From positions 62,001-126,000 of the forward strand of contig JABLTG010000028.1 of assembly GCA_016618085.1 (NCBI GenBank): a stretch of DNA of 64,000 nucleotides, in the 5' to 3' direction. The translations under genes and the position numbers were made by a program. Source of the DNA: Neovahlkampfia damariscottae (Eukaryota). The first letter of the stretch is position 1. Every line of letters begins with the position of its first letter. The notes beneath the pieces are model-generated. The model saw nothing but the letters and a program-made list of their open reading frames with translations. It was not told the DNA's origin and made no database searches. Shown one piece after another: positions 11,026-24,082 of the stretch.

Positions 11026-12624
11026 ATGCAAAAACAAAGTGTCCTCACAATTGTTTTGTTATTTTGTGTGGTGTATTTATCTTCAAGTGCCCCTGCAAAA
11101 TGTGTCAGAGCAGCAAACATTTTGGAACTTGATGATTCAGAACAAGTGTTATTCTTTGACCAAATTAAAAAAGAAATAAATCAACATGTAGGAAACACTG
11201 ACAACAATGATATAAAAAAAGCTATAGATCAAGTTGCAAAAAAAGTATCAAATAACATTAAAAATGGTCTCAAAGATGCCAAAGAAATTGTTAAAAAAGT
11301 TGCTGACAACAAAATTGTTGAAAAAGTAATTAAACAAGCCGGAGGTACAGCAGCTGGAATAAAGAAAGCTATTGTTGTTCTTGATAAACTTACCAAAGAA
11401 TTGTCAAAAGAAAAAGGAACGTATCAACAGTCGAATTGTCATGATAAGCCAGTTTGTCAATATGATTGTAGCAAGGTGATGAATTGTCCAGTTAAAGATA
11501 CAATGGGTTTCATGGACTTAACAGAAAGAATAAAAAATAATAGAGATGAACAAAATGCTTACAACTGGGTTTGTAAAAACTCATTCTTTTCATCATCATC
11601 ACAAAAAGATAACACTCTTTCAAAGTATTTCAGAAAATTAATTGGAAAGATTACAAAAAAAACAGATGCTCAATTCATTCAAGAACATCCAAATGCAAGT
11701 GAAACACAATTTGATAACGAATATCTTGCTTGGTTGAATAAAAAAGGAATCCATTCAAGCGAAAGGACAGTATTTGAAATTTTAAATTACTATAAGGATG
11801 GAATTCAAGGATTTGAAAAAATTTGCAAAGAAAAGAATCCAGGATGGTTAACATCGAATGTAATTTCAACAAAACTTGCACAATTTGAACTTGAATCATT
11901 GAAAACAGCAGTATTTGGTACAAAGGCTGAACAAGAATCAGATGCTGTTGCGGCAGCTTTTAGAAAAGTTGGAGAATGGAAAATGGATTATCTCAAAGGT
12001 ATTACTAAATCAGAAGAAGATACCTATGCAAATGCTTTATTTAAAGGTCTTTCTTTGACTTTTAGAAAATATTTCATTAGTACTGTTATTGGAGGCAGTC
12101 AAAGAGATTTTTGTGTTTGTAGAGATTACAATAGATTCTTTGATGCTATGAAAAAATTACCAGAAGGAACAAGAAAAGCAACATATGGAATTTCGAACAT
12201 TGCTTTTGGGAATGATTATCAACATAAGTTACAAGCTGTTTGTCAAAAAGTGTGCTCTGTTAAAGAAGTACCAAAAGTTGAAAAACCAAAACCTCAACCA
12301 AAGAAAGAAGTACCAAAAGTAGACGCTCCAAAAGAAGAAACAAAAAAAGAAGAACCAAAGAAAGAAGTCAAAAAAGATAATATGGTAGCACCTAAAACAA
12401 AAGAATGTTTACCTGGTTTCCAAAAAAGAGGAACAAGATGTTATAAAATTGGAGGTAAAAGATCTTTTCGTAAAGTGAAAAAGTCCATCAAAAAAGTTAG
12501 AAAGAGTAGAAAAGGAAGAAGATGGATTTGGCGTTTTGGAAAAAAAATATTTGATGTTGAAAAAGTACCAAACTCACAAAAACCAACAAGATACGATGTA
12601 AGAAATATCATCAGAAGAAGATAA
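11026..12624 (+). CDS. Secreted Cys-containing protein with basic C-terminal tail
   Basis: Signal peptide MQKQSVLTIVLLFCVVYLSSS, scattered Cys, KEVPK repeats, basic tail and shared C-terminal motif. Confidence 0.75.
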   Translation: MQKQSVLTIVLLFCVVYLSSSAPAKCVRAANILELDDSEQVLFFDQIKKEINQHVGNTDNNDIKKAIDQVAKKVSNNIKNGLKDAKEIVKKVADNKIVEKVIKQAGGTAAGIKKAIVVLDKLTKELSKEKGTYQQSNCHDKPVCQYDCSKVMNCPVKDTMGFMDLTERIKNNRDEQNAYNWVCKNSFFSSSSQKDNTLSKYFRKLIGKITKKTDAQFIQEHPNASETQFDNEYLAWLNKKGIHSSERTVFEILNYYKDGIQGFEKICKEKNPGWLTSNVISTKLAQFELESLKTAVFGTKAEQESDAVAAAFRKVGEWKMDYLKGITKSEEDTYANALFKGLSLTFRKYFISTVIGGSQRDFCVCRDYNRFFDAMKKLPEGTRKATYGISNIAFGNDYQHKLQAVCQKVCSVKEVPKVEKPKPQPKKEVPKVDAPKEETKKEEPKKEVKKDNMVAPKTKECLPGFQKRGTRCYKIGGKRSFRKVKKSIKKVRKSRKGRRWIWRFGKKIFDVEKVPNSQKPTRYDVRNIIRRR

Positions 12625-12775
12625 ATAAACCTTTCATCTTCGTTTCAATTGGTCGACAAAGGAAATGGAAAAAAATGATTCTTCAACAAAATCACTACCG
12701 TAGTAGTCACAAATCAAGAACAATACGAACTATATAGTACTATTTTCTTGAACATCTTTTTTTAATAATCTTAAT

Positions 12776-13580
12776 TTATTGTTTTAAATTTGATGCTTCT
12801 AAAGCTTTGACAAAGTTACTTTGAACAAATTGCCAGTTAACAACATTCCAGTATTCTTTCATATAGTCAGGACGACGATTTTGATGATCAAGATAATAAG
12901 CATGTTCCCAAATGCTATTAAAAATTTTGTGTTAAATAATAAAAATCTTAATCTTCTTACTCACATGTAAGTAAAGGAATTTTATTTTCTGTGATAGGAC
13001 AACTTGCATTTGGTCCTGTCCAAATACTTAATTTTGTTCCATCATAAACAAGCCAACACCAACCACTTCCAAAGAGGTTAATTGTTCTTTGTGTGAACTT
13101 TTTGAAAAGTATTAGATTTTTAATTTTTTTGCATACTTCTTCTTTGAAATCTTCAAATGAACCAAAAGTTTTGTTAATTTCATTCATTAAAGTATCACAT
13201 CCTTGAACATTTTCATTTGAGTTTGGAGCTAAACATTTCCAGTAAAATGAATGGTTGAAATGTTGAGCTGCATTATTGAAGATACCAACTTGTTTTGCAT
13301 CAAAAGCTGAATTCATGATGATTTTGTCAAGTGGAGCAGTTTCATAATTTGTACCTTCAATAAGTTGATTTAATTTAACAACATAAGTGTTATGATGTTT
13401 ATTATAATGATAATCAAGTTGTTTGCTTGAGATACATGGAGCAACACCATCTTTTAAAATTTCAGAAAAAAAAAATAAAAACAAACCTTCAACTGGATAA
13501 TCAAGTTGTGGAAGCATGTGTTTTTGTCTCATTTGTACTGATAACATAGATTTTGATAATTTTAAACTTTTTGTGAACAT
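12776..13580 (-). CDS. sodB: Fe-type superoxide dismutase, probably mitochondrial (multi-exon)
   Basis: [23 protein letters not shown] and spliced TCD-IWEHAYY; basic/hydroxylated N-terminal presequence. Confidence 0.93.
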
Positions 13581-13661
13581 GTTTGTTTTGTTTTTTTGAA
13601 GAAAAGTTGATTGGACAAAGAGACGCACCAATCAAATATAATAAAATCCGAAGGAAGAGAA

Positions 13662-15477
13662 TTAAATTTTTATTTTTTTTGAATCTTTTTCAATTTCATC
13701 ATTTTCAAATTTTCTCTTTTTTTCATTTTCTTTTAAAAAACTATCTAATTTTCCACTTGCAGCTAGAACTAAACCGACAAATGGAGGAGAAGGTTTAAAC
13801 CATCTCGATAAGTATTCTGGATGATACTGACAACCAACAAAATATGGATGATCATCAAGTTCAATAATTTCTTGTCTTTGTCCAGTTTCATCTTGCGCAA
13901 CAAAACTCATTCCTTTTTCTTCAAATTCATCAATCATTTTATAATTAGCTTCATATCTATGTCTATGTCTTTCTTCAATAACATCCAAATTACTATATAA
14001 AGATTTGATAATGCAATCTTTTTTGAAGTATGATTTTCTTAAACCTAATCTCATTGTTCCTCCTAATTGTTCTCTTGAAATTTCAGGCATTGGAATAATG
14101 ACTGGTGTTTTTGTGTCAGGATCAAATTCTAATGAATTTGCGTCTTTATATCCTAATACATTTCGAGCGAATTCAATAATTGCGACTTGCATTCCTAAAC
14201 AAATTCCAAGAAACGGAATTTTATTTTTTCTTGCATATTCAACAGCCAAAATCTTTCCTTCAATACCACGCACTGAAAAACCACCTGGAACTAAAATTCC
14301 ATGAGCTTCTTTTAATGTTTTCCATGCTTCATCAAATTCTTTTTGTTCAACATTTTCTTTTACTAAATGATCAGAATTTAAAAATTCAACATCCACTTTT
14401 CTTTCAGCTAAAATACTACCATGTAATAAAGATTTTGAAACAGAATGATATGAATCAGATAAACCAGTATATTTACCAACTAAAACGATTTTAACAATTC
14501 CTTCTTTTTGAGCTTTGATTTCATTCATTGATGAAACTAATTTTGACCAATTATCAAGTTTTGGTTTGATTGCGTTATCTAATTTGAATTTATTAGCAAG
14601 ACAAGTATGTAATCCATTTTCGATTAATAACAAAGGTACTTCAAATAAATTTGAAACATCATGAACTCCAATAACTGATGAAGAATCAACATGACAAAAT
14701 TTTGAAAGTTTTTCGCGAGTTGATTCTGAGATTGGTTTTTGACTACGACATGCAATAACATCAGCTGATAATCCTAATGATCTTAATTCTTTTGCTGCAT
14801 GTTGACTTGGTTTTGTTTTTTGTTCACCATCATTTCCAAGAATTGGAATTAAACTCACAAGAGTTAAAAAGAAATTATCTTTTCCCACTCTAAATTGAAA
14901 TTGTCTCATTGCTTCAACAAAAGGCATAGATTCTATATCACCAACAGTACCACCTAATTCAATAACACAAACTTTTGGTCTTTTATCATTTTGATCTTTA
15001 TGTAAATTTCTAACTGCTACTCCGACAATCCAGTCTTGAATAGCGTCTGTAATATGTGGAACAACTTGAACAGTTTTTCCTAAATAATCACCTCTTCTTT
15101 CTTTACTGATTACTAAATGTTCATTTTTTTAACACATTTATTTGATTACCTTGTTTGTAAATTTTTCCGGTTGTGATGTTGCAATCATGAGTGAGTGTTA
15201 TACCCAAAAATCTTTCATAGTTTCCCAAGTCTAAATCAGTTTCTCCACCATCATCTAAGACAAAAACTTCACCATGTTCGAAAGGAGACATTGTTCCAGC
15301 ATCTACATTTAAATATGGATCTATTTTAATTGAAGTTACATTACAACCCATGGATTGTAATATGACACCTGTAGAAGATGCTATGACACCTTTTCCAATT
15401 CCAGAAAGTACTCCTCCAGCTACGAGTACAAATTTTATCTCTTCTTCTTTTGTCTTGTTTTTGTTTTCACCTTTCAT
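13662..15477 (-). CDS. CTPS: CTP synthase (intron 15113-15149)
   Basis: [33 protein letters not shown], glutaminase GICLGMQ and YHPE. Confidence 0.97.
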
Positions 15478-15705
15478 CCAATGGCCAGTTAGCAAAGATT
15501 CTAATTTGGAAAGGCGAATTTAAAAAAAAAGTGAAAAAAATAATCTTTATATTTTCTTCAAAAAAAAAGAAAAATAGATCAAACAAACAGGAATTCTTCA
15601 ACCAATAAAAACCAAGGTTTGAAGAAATTGATTTGAGGAAATCAGATGAGTTTTTGTGTTTTATGAAGAAAAATACATTGAATTGATAAGAACAATTTAT
15701 AAAAG

Positions 15706-16851
15706 TTAGCTTGAGATTCCACCATTTTTCATTAACAATGTTTGTGCTTGGATATTCATTGTTTCGTTTTTTTCTAAATAGAAAAGTGCTGTATGTGAAT
15801 CATCATCTCTTTCATTTACTTTTGCACCGTAATTTAATAACAAATTTATCATTGAAGTGACAAATTCATTTTGATTTTTTAGACATAAAAGAATCAAAGG
15901 AGTTCTTCCGTATCTATCTCTACAATTAACTTCGAATGTCAAAGACAATAAATATTTCAATTTGTTTAATGTTTCTATGTTTGTATTTGAAATTGAACAA
16001 ATCTGAATGATTGGATCAATCAATTGGTTTTCCAATTTGAAACCACACTTCACAAGATATTTAACAATATCGACAGATGAATTCTCAATAGAATCAGCAA
16101 GAAAATGTTGTTGTATCAGTAATTCCTTTCTTCGATTTTTTATAATTGCTTTAACAATATCAAGATGAACATCATGTTGTAATGCAGAAAATAACAAATC
16201 TGTAACATTATACAAATCGGATAACAACTCTTTTATCAACTATTTTATCATTCAAAAAAATATAATTCTTCTTACCATTGATTTTATATGCTTAAATAAT
16301 TTTTGATTTTTGATTCTAAAAATGATTTGAAAGGTATTTTCAAATTCTTTGAATTGAATTGAATTCTTTTCATGAAGTAAATCGATTAGTTTCAATGTAT
16401 AAATTTCGTCTATTTCATTTGGAAATGATATTGAAAAAGTTTCAAATAAACTTTTGTAAATATGACTTGTGTAAATAGTTCTTTCAAACCAAAGCGAATC
16501 ACTTGTTTTGTAACTCAATTTATATAAAACAGAAGCATAAGATGTATAATTTTGTTTTTTTAAAATTTTCAAAATTTCTTTTCTGACTGATGGCAACTGT
16601 TTTCTGATTAAAATTTTTTTAACAAATTCTTTGTAATTGGAAGGTTCTGCTTTTTTGATGAAAGTTTCAATGTTGAGAGTTTTTGTTAAAATTGGATCAT
16701 TTGAGAATCTTGTTGTATAAATTTCTTTCCAGAGTAATTCTGACTTTGAGACTTCATTCAAATTTTTGGAAGTTGCAAAAAAATTTTCAAAATCATTTAG
16801 AGGTAAATATGTACATATTTGATACAGTATATCAACTGAGATGTCATTCAT
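15706..16851 (-). CDS. F-box + ankyrin-repeat protein (one intron near 16240-16275)
   Basis: N-terminal F-box (ISVDILYQICTYLPLND...SK...LW) and C-terminal ankyrin repeats (DRYGRTPL, LLNYGAKVN). Confidence 0.75.
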
Positions 16852-16965
16852 TGAGTTGTGTGCAAATTAATTTTTTTGTTTTTGTCCAACTCAACTTTTT
16901 TGTATAAACCGAAATGATTGGTGAAAGAAAGTCTAAAAATAAAAAGTTGACTTTTCCAAAATTGC

Positions 16966-19900
16966 ATGTACAGTGCAGGCATAGAAAGAGAAGAAATAAT
17001 GTATAAAACAGGATTTACAGAACTTGATCTTGAACTTCCAACACCTCAAATTTATGAAGAAAAACCAAAATACGTTTTGAAAGGAGATTCTTTTAAAAAT
17101 TTTTCAAAACTATTTTCCAAACCTTCTGATATTGATAAAACAAGTACAATAAGAATTGAAACTAGAAAAAATGAAAAAAAAAAATACAACCAAATCATAC
17201 TTGGCTATGACATTGACGCACCAGTAGAAAAACAAAATGAAATTGAACATAAAATGGTTGCACTTTGCTCTATAAAACATGAGAATATTTTACAACATGA
17301 AAAAGTCTATGTAAAAAAACCCATCAAAAACTCATCATATTCCTACCACATCTCAACAACAGATCAAAAATTAAAAAGAACTTTGGAAACTGATATTTTT
17401 GAAACAATACAAGGAAAGAATAATTCATTTCCACCAAACGTATGATTTTAATCTTTTTTATTTTTTAGATGATTGAAAAATGGTTTTTTGAAATTATTTC
17501 AGGATTGGATGCTCTTCATGGACAAGGAATTACACATAACAATCTTTTACCTTCAAGTATTTTTTTGGATACAGATAATCATGTCCAGTTGTCAAAAATA
17601 GGTTTTGGTTTTGAAGAAAATATTGAATCATTGACTCAAAATGAAGCTTATTTTGCACCTGAAATATTTGATGATGAAAAATTTACTACAAGTTCAGATG
17701 TTTATTCATTGGGTGTTTTAATGATGAAATTGATTTATTTAGAGGTATTCTTGATTGTTTTTTTCATTTTTTGGTAGAACGTTGATTTGGAAGATGTTGA
17801 TGAACTGATTGGTTCAATTCCAAAGGAATATAAGAAAATGGAGATAATTGATGTCATTACAAAATGTTTATCAGATAAACCAAATTCACGCCCAACTATT
17901 TCTGAAATGTTAAAATTAAAAAGAGATGATAATATTGAATTGGAAATTGAAAAAATATCCATTGATGAAGAAACACCATCTAAAGTTTTAAGACGTGAAA
18001 GAATGGCCAGTATATCATCTAGTTTTGATGATAGAGATTATGAAGATGAAGATGATGAACTTGAATATGTAAGTGATGATAAGAATTTAAGAAGAAGTGA
18101 GATCTTAATTGAAAAAGATGAAGAAGAAGATGAAGAAGAAAATGATAAATCAAAAATATCTCAAAGAGCTGTAAGAATAGATTCAAACAAATTAGATTTA
18201 GGTCTGATGAAATCAAAGTCATCATCAAAACCACCACCTCCAATGAAGAATAAAAAAGAAATACAAAAACCATTTGGAAGAAGAAGTAGTTCATCAGTGG
18301 AAGGAAGAAAAGGTGGTAAAAATATATTTTCTCCAAAATCAATGAAAAAAAAATCAAAGGAATCATATCTTCGTACTGAAGAGGAAGAAGTTGAAAATGT
18401 CTCATCAGGTTCAGATTCATTTTTCGAATTGCAAAAACCACCTAATGTGCAAAGCTCAAGTGTAATTTCCGCACCACCACCACCACCTGGTGTACCTATA
18501 CAATATGGAGGAGTTATTCCATCTGGAGGAGGACCGCCACCTCCAAATTATCCTTCCAGAACAATGGAAAAAAAGAAGGATGTCAAATTGGACGATATGA
18601 TGACTGGAGATCTTCTGAAATCAGTCAACAAAGAAATAGAACAACAAACTGAGCAATTAATGATGCTAGAAGATCAACTAGAATCTGTGGATAATGAAAT
18701 AATGCTGGAAACAGAAACTATCATATTGGAGGCAAAATCTGATGAACCACAAAAATTGGACACAGAATCAACAAAATTAAGACAATCAGAAATCAGTAGA
18801 TTATTGGAAACGATTGAAAATGAAGGAGTTGCCAACAAAGATTTTGCAATCGCAGGTCTTTTAGATTATGTTGAAAAAGATGTTTTCTCTTCAATTAAAT
18901 ATGATAGTGATAAATCTGTAAGTTCTTCTGTTGAAATTTGGTCAAAAATTGTTTCTTCATTACAAGTACATTATGTTCATTCAATGAGTGATGCAACAAG
19001 AAATCAATATGATAATTTATGTTCAGTTCTCAAAAAAATGAGAGATGCAGAAAAAATAGCTGATATTGAATCACTTATGAGCTCATCTTCGTATTCATCT
19101 TATTCAACTGGTGAATATCCATTCTCAAGAGAAATGAATTTGGATGAACTGAATATGGCGACTACTGAAATGTACTCAATGGCAAAAAAGAAGTCAGCAG
19201 GATTTTCCTTCAATTTTTCTTCTTGTTTTTCAATAAAACCAAAAGAAAAATCTGCAGCACAATTACTTGCTGAAGAATTGAGTAACCAATTATTTCCGAA
19301 AATTAACATTTAATAGAATCAGGATTGACAAAAAAGGATTCATTCAAAACTGATAAAAATATTGGTTCTGGATGTAGTGCTAATGTTTATTTGGTGTCAT
19401 CAAAAGACTTTCCTGATCAACAATACGTTTTGAAAATATTCAAAGATGGAAGTGAAGAAGATGCACGTCAAGAAATTTCTGTTTACGAAAAACTTCAAAA
19501 TGAAAATATCGTCAAATATTTTGAATATTTTAAATATGATGATGGTTATGGTGCAGTTCAAACAGCAATCAAACTTGAATATTGTAACAAAGGTGATTTA
19601 TCAAAGTTATGTAAAAACAAAAAAAGAAAGAAAGTTGAAAGTCTAACCCAAAAGGAAATTTTGAATATATTGATTCAAATCATCACAGGTTTGATTTATT
19701 TACATGCACAAAAATTTGTTCATTGTGACTTAAAACCAGGAAATGTTTTCTTGACTGATGATAAAGTGAAGATTGCAGATTTTGGTTTTGCTGTTTCATT
19801 TGGGAGTCGACTGATGGGAGGATCATTAGAATATATGTCACCTGAACAATTTGAAAATCATTTAGGATTTGTTGCTCATCCTTCAATAGACATTTGGAGT

Positions 19901-20134
19901 TTTGGATGTCTTGTTCTTGAGTTACTCACAAAAAAGAAACATGATTTGAAAATTTCAATAAATAAGAATTCAAATTATGTTGATGAAGTTTGGCATAAAG
20001 AAGGATTGAATGATAATTTCTCAACAACTTTACGTGACCTTATCATTCGTTGTACAAGAATGGATCCAATTGAAAGACCAACTTCAAAACAGATTTATCT
20101 TTCAATGTTGGCAATTAATGAACAAAAGTTGTGA
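16966..20134 (+). CDS. Dual-domain protein kinase: degenerate N-terminal kinase, acidic/Pro-rich linker, intact C-terminal Ser/Thr kinase
   Basis: Four ORF pieces can be joined by short GT-AG introns (about 17440-17468, 17744-17777, 19282-19316). Domain 1 has HNNLLPSSI, YFAPE, SDVYSLG; domain 2 has GSGCSANV, VLK, HCDLKPGN, DFG. Confidence 0.8.
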
Positions 20135-20815
20135 TAAAAAGATTTTTAATAAATTTTTTTGTTGTATGTTTCTGCAACCGATGTTACATTCCTTCTGCTT
20201 TAGATTTAAAGCTCTCTTCTTATTCTTGAAATTCATCAAATAAAATTTTTGTAAATGAATTTGAGAAAGAACCAAAATCAAGACGAAAGGGAAGGAATTT
20301 GCTATGAAACAAGTCTATGTAGTGTCTCATTCAATTCTAGTATCTAGGAAATGTTGACAATTCATGCTTGTTTCAATGTTAAAATTTTTCTCAAATTTTA
20401 CAGGACAAAACTAATTCTTTTAAGGTTTGTTATCTTCTAATAAAATAATCAAGTCATATATTGCATCATAGAAATCACATTCTTCGAAAAATTAATTTTT
20501 TGATGATTTTTTTAATTTGAAAAGTTCGAACATGTAAACAATTGTTCGTGAAGAATTGAAGAAATTTTGGTGAAAGGATTTCCAGTTATATATTCCAAGG
20601 TATTTAAAGTGTCATTTTTTGAACTCTGTTTTTTAGTTCTGATGCATCATTTTCGGAGATATTCAAGTCTTGAGAATAATAAAATATGTTGAACAAAATA
20701 CCTTCAAATTTGTATTCTTTCGTTTTTGGATTGGATATTTTTGAAACCAGGTTGCATCATCTGCATACGAGAGTGAGGGAAAGAAAAATAATTTGATTGG
20801 TGAAAAATATCATGT

Positions 20816-21560
20816 TTATTTTGTGGTTGAACTTCCAGCTTGCACTCCAGAGCATCTATGAAATGATGGAAATCCACAAGCAATAAACACAACAATGATT
20901 ACAATCACTACTACAATGATAAAACAAAAGAGTAGTAAAAATAAAATGAGACAGATCAATCTTGTCGAAAGAAAATTAGATTTAAATTTTCTTACATTGC
21001 TAATGTTTTCCTCTTTAATCTTTTTGATTTTTTTTGAAATTGTTTTGAATCTTCTTCAAGTTGTTCACCCAATTTATCAATTTCTTGCAATTCTTCGCCT
21101 CTTTGAATGACTTTATCAATATTTTCAATCATAATATCTTTTAATTCTTCTACTTTTTCATTTACTTGTGGAAGTAAATCAGATTTGGGATCATTCCAAA
21201 AACTTAATTCATGTTGTAAAATTCTGTTGATATTTGAACTTGTAAGAGTCACTCTTATAACTTGATCATGTATATTAGTCATAAAACTCCAGACTACCCT
21301 CATTTTTGAATCTTTTTCTACACAAAAAAGAGTCATATTCCCTTTTCTTTGATAATGAATATTAAATCTGTGGAACTGATTAAGAAAAATAAATTTGAGT
21401 ACTTATCGGACTCTATAGTTCTTTTATGATCATTTTTTGGTATTGTTGGATAGATTCGATCGACAATTAACTCTCTATAAGTTTTTTTATTTTTGAAGTT
21501 GGTAGCACAGCTTTCACCTTCCACTGTTTCGTTTATTAATAACAGTGAATAATATATCAT
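20816..21560 (-). CDS. VAMP7: Longin R-SNARE (VAMP7-like), two introns
   Basis: Longin-like N-terminus, R-SNARE motif KDIMIENIDKVIQRGEELQEI, and a spliced final exon encoding a TM helix plus ACGFPSFHRC. Confidence 0.85.
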
Positions 21561-21774
21561 ATTCGAAGAAGGCAATTGGTTGATCTGATGCTCAAATAAA
21601 ATTCAACTTCAAGTAAAACTCATCCTCTTATCAAAAATTTCCACGATGGATCATCCAATGAAAACCACTCTACAACAGAATTCCTTTTCAACTGTTCTTG
21701 TGTCAAATTATGTAAAATTCAACTGAATTGATTAGTTTTTTTTCCGAAGAATAATCCAATCAATTTCATCTTCA

Positions 21775-23886
21775 ATGTCTTTACTTCAATCCCAAAAGAG
21801 TAAACTTTTATTTTCAAATTAAACATACAAAAAAGATTCAGTTCTGAAAATCCTTCAAACAGTAGTTGAAGGTAATGACCTTGAATTCACAGAAGAAATA
21901 AAAACTAAAAAAATTCAAAACATCAATACCGTTAAAAAAGTCGGAAGGAGTTTAATTGAACATAAAAGTCAATGGAAAGTATTAATTTTTGATGAATTTT
22001 CAAAAAATATTTTGGTACCACTTTTAAAAGTTGGTGACTTGAAAGGTTTAGGAGTTACTCTTCGAATGTAATTTAAAAAAAAAAATAAAAAAAAAAAATT
22101 CAAAAGGAACATAAAAGACAAAAGAGAACAGATTTCAGATGCTCCTGCGTTATATATTATTCAACCAACAAGAGAAAATATTGACTTAATCTGTCAAGTA
22201 TTATTTTTATTTTTTAAAATTGATTTTAAGGATTGTGAAAAAAATCTTTATGAAAGTTTCTATTTAAATTTTGTTCAACCTTCAACAAGAGATACTTTAG
22301 AATATTTAGCAACCAAATTAGTTGAAAATGGTTGCACAGATAAAATAGCAAAAGTTTATGATCAATTTTTGAATTTTCTTTGTGTAGAAACTAATTTCTT
22401 TACTTTAGACTTGAAAGAAATCTTCATTAACGTAATTTTTTATTGTTCAATTTTTTTTTAACTTTTTCAAAAAGATTCATAAAAAGAAGAATCAAACAGA
22501 AGATGAATTACTAAAAATATTGGAACCTGTGATTAATGGATTGATTTCAGTTGTTTTAACTATGGAAATGATACCTATTATTGCATGTGAAAAAGGTGGA
22601 AATGCAGAAATTGTTTCTAGAAAATTAGAAAAAAAATTAAAAAATTTATTATCAGATCGAACTTATTTATATCAATATCAAGTTGATTCATATCACAAAA
22701 AGAGACCTGTTTTAATTATAACAGATAGAGATATTGATTATGCAGTTTGTATTCAACATAAATGGATTTATAAATCAATGGTACATGATTTATTCAATAT
22801 GAAACAAAATACAGTTTTTGTTTCTGAATTAAAAAAAGAAGAAGCAATTGAAGATGATTTAATCAACTCAAAAAAAAAAAAATATGATATTGATTTTGAT
22901 GATGAATTTTGGAATGAAAATTCCAATTCAAGATTTGAAGATTTTGCTGAAATTTTAACAAAAAAATTAAAAGAATATACAACATCTTTAGGTGATTTTA
23001 ATAAAAAAACTGGATTGAATTTAGAAGAAGATGCTTTATTAGGTGAACAAGCAGTTGATAATATTAAAGGTGAACAAAAATTATCACAAAATATGGTTGA
23101 TGATGTAATGAGTTTAATTGAAGGAAAAAAGAGAATTAATATGCATGTAAATATTTCATATGCTGTTTTACATGAAATTAAAACAAGAAAATTAGATGAA
23201 TTTGTTGCAATTGAAGAATCTTTAATTGAAAATCGTCAATTGGATAAAAATCTTTTATTAACTTTAGTAAGAGATGATAAAAAAGGTTCAATTGAAGATA
23301 AATTAAGATTATTGTTGATTGATTATTTAGCAAAACTTCAATGTCAAAATGCATCTTCATTGAACAAATCAGAAGTTGAAGAATTAGAAAGAATTATATT
23401 ACAAGGAAGAGGTACTTATTCAATTCCAGAATATGAAACATTAAAATATTTAACATCACATTTAGAATTAAAAGAAGAAAAGAAACATAAAAGATATGAG
23501 TCTTCAAATATGATCTTTAATAGTGTTAGTTTCTTATTGAATATTTAATTTTTTAGATTTTACAAATGGGTCAAAATATTGTCAAAGGAAATGAATTAGA
23601 AGTTGATTTACCAATAACTCAATTGGTTTCTCAAATTATGGAAAAGAAATTGGATTCAATTCTTTATTTGGATCCAAAATCTGTTAAGAATTCAACTATT
23701 TCAATTGATGGTTTTAATGATGCTATTGTTTTTGTAATTGGAGGAGGTAATTATTTAGAACATGATAATTTAACAAAATATGCTCAAAAAAATTCAAAAT
23801 CAATTGTTTATGGATGTTCAAATATTGTTACAGGATCAGAATTTTTGGGTGAATTAAGTGAATTGTTCATGAGCAAAAAAAATTAA
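21775..23886 (+). CDS. SLY1: Sec1/Munc18 family protein SLY1/SCFD1 (multi-exon)
   Basis: WKVLIFDEFSKNILVPLLKVGDLKGLGVTL, RPVLIITDRDID, VFVIGGGNYLE. Confidence 0.9.
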
Positions 23887-24082
23887 AAAGTTTTATTTTT
23901 GAAGAATATCAGTTCCCATCAATCTTTTTATGTGGTTTTTCTGGAATGCAAATAACATTTCTTTAATTTTGCTACACCTCGAGTTTCAATGAACCTCCTC
24001 CCAAACCAGAAAATAATTCTCCGAAGTGAATCAATTTGTGATTAATGAATTGTAAACCAATCAAGTGTTAACTCTCGGAAGA

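Noticed and set aside
20150..20770. Coding-like minus-strand fragments
   Set aside because: I could not build a consistent spliced ORF or recognise a domain; possibly a degraded gene.
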